Source of the DNA: Candidatus Woesearchaeota archaeon
GTDB lineage: Archaea; Nanobdellota; Nanobdellia; Woesearchaeales; UBA10216
DNA: 64,000 nucleotides
Reading direction: 5' to 3'
Assembly (NCBI GenBank): GCA_016192905.1
Contig: JACPTG010000001.1
Coordinates: 505,935-569,934, forward strand
Both the position numbers and the translations under genes were made by a program. Numbering within the stretch: position 1 is the first letter of the stretch; each line of letters opens with the position of its first letter. This document shows, in pieces, positions 58,772 through 64,000 of the stretch. The notes under the pieces were generated by a model. The model was not told where the DNA came from and searched no databases. It saw only the letters and a program-made list of their open reading frames with translations.

Positions 58772-59892
58772 TAAGCCAAGAGCAGATAAGGAAGGTGCTG
58801 GAAGCCTACGATAGCAGCAAGCTGACAATCGGAACACTGGGCGGCCACTCTGCGCTTGACATATGCCGCGGGGCAAAGGACGAAGGGTTCAGGACACTGG
58901 TTGCGTGCCAGAAGGGCAGGGAGAAAACATACACGAAACACTACAAAAGCCGGGGCAACAAGGGAATAGTGGATGAAACCATAATCCTTGACAGGTTTGC
59001 GGACATTACAATGGAAAAAGTGCAGCAGAAGCTGCGGGAGATGAACACCCTATTTGTCCACAGCAGATACTTCTGGGTTTACTGCGACTATGGCCAAATT
59101 GAAAATAATTTCAACGTGCCAATATTCGGAACCAGAAACATTGTCCGGGCTGAGGAAAGAGACCAGCCAAACAACCAGTATTTTTTGCTGGCTGAAGCTG
59201 GAATAAGGACTCCAAAAAGGTTTAACAGGCCTGAAGACATAGACAGGCTGGCCATTGTAAAGGCATCTGAAGCAGCAAGAGGCTATGAACGGGCGTTCTT
59301 CTTTGTAAGCAGCTTCAAAGAGTATGCGGCCAAGGCAAAAGAGCTTGTTGAGAAAAGGACAATAACAAAGGAAGCGCTCCAAAAAGCAGTAATTGAAGAG
59401 TTTGCAGTCGGGCCGCAGGTCAACCTGAACTTCTTTTACTCTGCGCTCACTGGAGAAGTTGAGCTGCTTGGAACAGACGCAAGAAGACAGACAAACATAG
59501 ACGGAATACTAAGGCTCACCTCTGAACAGCAGCTTGCAATAAAGAATTTCACGCCAAAATACATAGAAAACGGGCACATGGCTGTTACGCTTAAAGAATC
59601 GCTGCTTGAGAAGGCATTTGAACTTGGGGAAAGATTTGTTGACGCAACCAAGAAGCACTATCCGCCGGGAATAATCGGGCCGTTTGCACTGCAAGGAGCA
59701 GTGGTGGCTGAGGAAGGCAAGGAAGAATTCGTAATATTTGACTGCAGCCTGAGGATACCGGGAAGCCCAGGCATAAGATACACGCCTTATGGCCATTACC
59801 TGTACGGACAGGACATAAGCGTTGGAAGAAGGATAGCCATGGAGATAAAGGCTGCTGAGCAGGCTGGAAGGCTGCGGGAGATAGTTACATGA
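58768..59892 (+). CDS. PurP-like ATP-grasp paralog (DUF1246/DUF1297)
   Basis: GTLGGHSALDI, ERAFF, GPFALQG, SLRIPGSP and GRRIAMEIK motifs. Confidence 0.85.
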   Translation: MISQEQIRKVLEAYDSSKLTIGTLGGHSALDICRGAKDEGFRTLVACQKGREKTYTKHYKSRGNKGIVDETIILDRFADITMEKVQQKLREMNTLFVHSRYFWVYCDYGQIENNFNVPIFGTRNIVRAEERDQPNNQYFLLAEAGIRTPKRFNRPEDIDRLAIVKASEAARGYERAFFFVSSFKEYAAKAKELVEKRTITKEALQKAVIEEFAVGPQVNLNFFYSALTGEVELLGTDARRQTNIDGILRLTSEQQLAIKNFTPKYIENGHMAVTLKESLLEKAFELGERFVDATKKHYPPGIIGPFALQGAVVAEEGKEEFVIFDCSLRIPGSPGIRYTPYGHYLYGQDISVGRRIAMEIKAAEQAGRLREIVT

Positions 59893-61406
59893 TACTGATA
59901 ATCGACATGGGGTCGCAATACACGCATCTCATAACAAGGAGGATACGGCAGCTTAAGGTATATTCTGAAATAATTCCATGGACAGCCCCGCTGGCCGAGA
60001 TACAGGCAAAGAACCCTGAAGGGATAATACTTTCCGGCGGGCCAAGAAGCGTATTTGAAAAAAACGCCCCGACAGCGAGCAGGGAGATATTTGAGATGGG
60101 AGTTCCTGTCCTGGGAGTATGCTACGGCCACCAGCTGATAGCCCACCTTTACGGAGGCAGGGTAATCAGCAGCTCAAAAGAATACGGCAAGGAAACCCTT
60201 GCTGCCAGGCCCCTCCACCTGCTCAAGGGGCTTGGAAAGAAGGAGCAGGTATGGATGAGCCACGGCACATCTGTGGTAGAACTTCCCAAAGAGTTTGAGG
60301 TGACTGGAAGCACTCCTGACTGCAGGATAGCGGCATACGCAGAGCCAAAGAGAAGAATATACGGGCTGCAGTTCCATCCAGAAGTGCAGCACACTTTGAA
60401 TGGAGCAAAAATACTCAGCAACTTCCTTGACATATGCAAATGCAGGAGAACCTATACAGTGAAGGGCATGAGCGCAAGGCTAGTTGAGGATGCAAGAGCG
60501 GCTGTCCACAAGAAAGGGGTGATAATGGCAGTAAGCGGAGGGGTGGACAGCCTGGTTGCGGCAAGGATACTCCAGCAGGCAACAGACAACCTGCATCTGG
60601 TATTCGTGGACAACGGGCTGATGAGAAAAGACGAGCCAGAACAGGTAAAAACAACCTTTGTGAAGCTTGGCTTCAGGAACTTCCATGCAGTGGACGCAAG
60701 CGAGCTGTTCCTCAAGCGACTTAAGGGAATCACTGAGCCAGAGGAAAAGCGCAGGATAATAGGAAAGGCATTCATCAATGTATTTGAAGGCAAGGTAAAA
60801 GAGATTGGCAGCGGAATAGAATTCCTCGGCCAGGGCACAATCTACCCAGACAGGATAGAAAGCGCCCAGCCATCAAAGACCGCGGCAGTGATAAAAACAC
60901 ACCACAATGTCGGAGGGCTTCCAAAGAAGATGAAACTCAAGCTTGTTGAGCCCCTCAAAGACCTGTACAAAGATGAGGTAAGGGAACTGGGGCTTGAGCT
61001 TGGCCTTGAAAATGAGCTGCTGTACAGGCACCCATTCCCAGGACCAGGGCTTGCGGTTCGTATAATAGGGGAAGTGACCAAGGAGAAGCTGGAGCTGCTA
61101 AAGGATGCAGACCACATATTCATAGACGAGCTGAAGAAAAGCAAGCACTATGACAAAACCTGGCAGGCGTTCGCAGCACTGCTGCCAGCCAAGGCAGTTG
61201 GAGTAATGGGCGATGAAAGGACTTACGGCCACATTATAGTGCTAAGGGCAGTATCCAGCATGGACGCCATGACAGCAGACTGGGCAAGGCTGCCAGACTG
61301 GCTGCTTGAAAAAGCCGCGAGCAGGATAGTCAGGAACGTCAAAGGAATAAACAGGGTTCTTTATGACATCACCCAGAAGCCGCCTGCCACGATAGAGTAC
61401 GAGTAA
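59889..61406 (+). CDS. guaA: GMP synthase (fused glutaminase plus synthetase)
   Basis: GVCYGHQ, QFHPEV, SGGVDS, HPFPGPGL and KPPATIEYE motifs. Confidence 0.97.
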   Translation: MILIIDMGSQYTHLITRRIRQLKVYSEIIPWTAPLAEIQAKNPEGIILSGGPRSVFEKNAPTASREIFEMGVPVLGVCYGHQLIAHLYGGRVISSSKEYGKETLAARPLHLLKGLGKKEQVWMSHGTSVVELPKEFEVTGSTPDCRIAAYAEPKRRIYGLQFHPEVQHTLNGAKILSNFLDICKCRRTYTVKGMSARLVEDARAAVHKKGVIMAVSGGVDSLVAARILQQATDNLHLVFVDNGLMRKDEPEQVKTTFVKLGFRNFHAVDASELFLKRLKGITEPEEKRRIIGKAFINVFEGKVKEIGSGIEFLGQGTIYPDRIESAQPSKTAAVIKTHHNVGGLPKKMKLKLVEPLKDLYKDEVRELGLELGLENELLYRHPFPGPGLAVRIIGEVTKEKLELLKDADHIFIDELKKSKHYDKTWQAFAALLPAKAVGVMGDERTYGHIIVLRAVSSMDAMTADWARLPDWLLEKAASRIVRNVKGINRVLYDITQKPPATIEYE

Positions 61407-61463
61407 GCCACCGAAAGCTTTATAACTTGGCTGTTGCAGGAAATAAAGGAGGGTGATACTGGC

Positions 61464-62045
61464 TTGGGCTTTTTGAAGTTTCTAAAAAAGGGGGAGGCAA
61501 AACAGGAGGTGGCTGCCGACCACCTTGACATACCTCCGCCTCCGCAGATGGGCAGCTTTGGAACAGAGTTGCCAACCTTCCCAGGCCCGTCAATGGCTGA
61601 AAAAGGACTTGAAATACCCTCTTTTGATGCGGCACCTGCAATAGCGGAGCTTCCTGAAATCAAGCCATTCAGCTATGACGAATACGAAAAGAGCCTGAAC
61701 CAGACTTCTGCAGAGCCGCAGATGGCCCGGCAGCCAATAATAGTTCCGCAGCCACCGCAGGCGGTAATGGGATCTCCTCCACAGATGCCTGCGCCAATAA
61801 TGCCTGAGCTGCAAAAGCCAGAAATTGAATACAAACCTGCCAAACACGCAGGAGAAAGGGCTGTTTTCATAGAGGCGTCCACGTACAGGGAAGTGCTTGA
61901 ATACCTTGACTCTGTGCACGCCCACAAGGAATCTGAAAACAAGGCAAACGACGCCCGGGACAGTGAATACGCAAAAATGGCAGACTGCCTTGAAGACATC
62001 CAAAGGAAGCTCATGGACATAGACGAAAAGCTGTTCGAGGTGTAA
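61464..62045 (+). CDS. Pro-rich hypothetical protein with C-terminal coiled coil
   Basis: TTG start after GGAGGGTGAT; MGFLKFLKK. Confidence 0.7.
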   Translation: MGFLKFLKKGEAKQEVAADHLDIPPPPQMGSFGTELPTFPGPSMAEKGLEIPSFDAAPAIAELPEIKPFSYDEYEKSLNQTSAEPQMARQPIIVPQPPQAVMGSPPQMPAPIMPELQKPEIEYKPAKHAGERAVFIEASTYREVLEYLDSVHAHKESENKANDARDSEYAKMADCLEDIQRKLMDIDEKLFEV

Positions 62046-62048
62046 AAA

Positions 62049-62273
62049 ATGAACGCTCCCATGTTTGTAAAGATAGACCGGTACAAAAAAGTGAGTTTCA
62101 TCATGGACAGGCTGCACAAGAGACTGGGGGACGCAAAGGTCGTGCTGCGAAGGATAAGCGAACTGAAAAGAGCAGAGGACGAGGAAATAATAAGCTGGCA
62201 GAATGAAATATCCAAGATAGAAAGCAAAGTGGCATTCATAGAGGATGCACTTGCAAGGACAAAAGAGCAATGA
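62049..62273 (+). CDS. small coiled-coil hypothetical protein
   Basis: PMFVKIDRYKKV...EEIISWQNEI. Confidence 0.75.
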   Translation: MNAPMFVKIDRYKKVSFIMDRLHKRLGDAKVVLRRISELKRAEDEEIISWQNEISKIESKVAFIEDALARTKEQ

Positions 62274-62638
62274 ACAGCGACATTTTCTATGTGGGAATAG
62301 AGAACCCTGGCGCATTCAGAAGAAGCCTGCTTGAATGCTCAAAGGACGTCATCCACTTCCTGCAGAAATACGAGAAGCTGAAATCAATAAAGGCGCAAAA
62401 GCACGCACATCTGACAGAACTCAAGCTGATATACCAGGACCTTGCCCACCTTATGGCAGAGCTCAGGGCAGAGATGCCAAGAGTGGAGCCTGGCAGCCTT
62501 CCAAAGCCGAAGGCAGAAACGCCAAAGAAAGAGGAAAAGCACGAAGAAACACACAAGGCACCAAAGCGGCTGACAGGAGTGGAAAAGCTTGAGGCTGAAC
62601 TGGGAAGGATAGAGGAAAAGCTGAGGTCGATAAGCTAG
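62270..62638 (+). CDS. coiled-coil hypothetical protein
   Basis: FYVGIENP..FRRSLLE...LEAELGRIEEKL. Confidence 0.75.
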   Translation: MNSDIFYVGIENPGAFRRSLLECSKDVIHFLQKYEKLKSIKAQKHAHLTELKLIYQDLAHLMAELRAEMPRVEPGSLPKPKAETPKKEEKHEETHKAPKRLTGVEKLEAELGRIEEKLRSIS

Positions 62639-62959
62639 ATGCAAAAAGTGCCCCTCCCAAGAACCTTCATGCTGACAGGCATACTCGGGTTCATGATAAC
62701 AACAGTCTACACTGCCTCAGGCAAGCTGCCGCTAAAATGGGGGGCTGCCTTTGACCTTGTATTCATCCTGATGTTCATAGCATCAGTCCTTTCAATAACA
62801 CCGCCACCGGTTGGAAAGGAGCATGGGAAGAATGACTTTCCAGAGGCGAAGACAAAGCAGGCAGGAAGAGCCGCAAAGGCCAGCAGGCGGAAAGCTACAT
62901 CCAAAAAGGCCCCAAGGGCAGCAAAAAAATCAGGAAGGAAATCAGCCAAGAAAAGGTGA
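62639..62959 (+). CDS. 2-TM membrane protein with basic tail
   Basis: PLPRTFMLTGILGF...WGAAF..VFILMFIAS. Confidence 0.7.
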   Translation: MQKVPLPRTFMLTGILGFMITTVYTASGKLPLKWGAAFDLVFILMFIASVLSITPPPVGKEHGKNDFPEAKTKQAGRAAKASRRKATSKKAPRAAKKSGRKSAKKR

Positions 62960-62965
62960 TGCAGA

Positions 62966-63535
62966 ATGAAGCTGGCCACAATTGATGAAGCAACAGAATT
63001 ACCTGAAACACTCGGGGCAGGCTCATCATTAGTCACAGCAACATTCCAAAGAGGCCAAAAAATACCCTTGACACACGCCGCAGTCCTGCAGTTCCAGACG
63101 CCAGGAAGAGCGTCAATGTATAACCTAACCTTTGAAGAAGTTGGAAGGATTTTAGCAGCGCATGACACTCCATTATGGATGGAGGCCTCAAGAGACCTGC
63201 AGGCAACATATGCCTTTCAAGACTATAAGATACCAGACAACGGCCCAATCGTGGCAGTACCACAGCACATATTCATAAGCGCGGGAGCAGAGCCAGCAAA
63301 AATAGTCCTCACAGGGGAAAGGGCTGATCCAACATACAAAGCACTCAGGCAAAGCACGGCCAAGACAACAATATGCTGCCCGCAGATAGTCAGGATAGAT
63401 GACCGTCTTTACAGAAATGTTGACAGAGTTCAAGCTGAATTCTCAGGAACCCTGCACATAATACCTATTACCGCAGTGCCAGAGCATCTGAAGCCGGTAA
63501 GAATAGAAACGCCATACACGGCAAGAAATTTATAG
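62966..63535 (+). CDS. hypothetical protein
   Basis: 189-aa ORF. Confidence 0.55.
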   Translation: MKLATIDEATELPETLGAGSSLVTATFQRGQKIPLTHAAVLQFQTPGRASMYNLTFEEVGRILAAHDTPLWMEASRDLQATYAFQDYKIPDNGPIVAVPQHIFISAGAEPAKIVLTGERADPTYKALRQSTAKTTICCPQIVRIDDRLYRNVDRVQAEFSGTLHIIPITAVPEHLKPVRIETPYTARNL

Positions 63536-63556
63536 AGCCGCTGATTAACTTTCCCA

Positions 63557-64000
63557 ATGCCGGTTGCTGTACAGGGGACAGGCGTAGTGGATGCTCTGGT
63601 TCTAAGCGGGCAAACAGAATTCAGATGGAAGCCACGCCCAACAATGTCCGGCGGGGTAAAAATCCAGGGAGAGCTTGAGGCAATAATTGAAGGGAAAACA
63701 AGGCCAGCATCATCAGTCCAAATCCCGGGCAACTGCACATTCCAGGGCGAGATTGAACACGCTGTCCAGCTTAACGGCCCACTATACCTGATGACCATCG
63801 GCGGACTAAAGCGATACTACAGGCAGCAGTTCCCACTGGCACAAGGGGCCATAAACATTAATTCCTGGGACGAGGCAATGGCAAAGCTCTCAGAAGGAAG
63901 AAGCTTAATGATGCGATGGGGTTCTTTCTGGTCAACAGGCGAAGGGTTCAGCTACCGCACCTCAGACAACAGAAGCCTAACCGAGCTTTTAGGACCAGCC
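63557..64000 (+). CDS. hypothetical protein, partial (runs off window end)
   Basis: Open frame from ATG 63557 (MPVAVQGTG...) to 64000. Confidence 0.5.
   Translation, partial: MPVAVQGTGVVDALVLSGQTEFRWKPRPTMSGGVKIQGELEAIIEGKTRPASSVQIPGNCTFQGEIEHAVQLNGPLYLMTIGGLKRYYRQQFPLAQGAININSWDEAMAKLSEGRSLMMRWGSFWSTGEGFSYRTSDNRSLTELLGPA

Noticed and set aside
24655-61144. Numerous minus-strand ORFs of 60-260 aa
   Set aside because: They are antisense shadows of well-identified plus-strand genes, are Ser/Phe/Pro-rich and carry no motifs
1-64000. tRNA genes, integrase or provirus
   Set aside because: No cloverleaf/T-loop pattern, recombinase or virion genes were recognised by eye; split or intron-containing tRNAs could have been missed

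Overview
This is a 64-kb archaeal chromosomal segment, most likely DPANN/Woesearchaeota-like. That placement is inferred from archaeal TATA promoters with near-leaderless starts, a stand-alone 5S rRNA, AK6, an NFACT fragment, class III signal-peptide proteins and lineage-typical hypotheticals. The first ~20 kb hold a nucleotide-sugar operon (ugd/uxs), 5S rRNA, an AbiE-like pair, an iteron-like repeat cluster, surface/pilus genes and toxin-antitoxin (TA) remnants. From ~20.2 to 61.4 kb lies a nearly complete de novo pyrimidine + purine + folate-C1 supercluster (carAB, pyrDKCEF, purA, split purH, purFDN, glyA, folD, purMLQECB, two purP, guaA). The standout is carB, which is interrupted in its invariant GE|FDYSG motif by a 21-nt insertion (24404-24424) carrying an in-frame TGA. 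The insertion folds into a bulge-helix-bulge (BHB)-type splicing motif, and the canonical cut positions restore the reading frame exactly, so it is a candidate tRNA-endonuclease-spliced mRNA micro-intron. Directly upstream, a free-standing LAGLIDADG endonuclease ORF with a highly structured leader runs in frame into carB exon 1 and uses the intron's TGA as its only stop codon. All calls are by-eye motif recognition; no searches were run.
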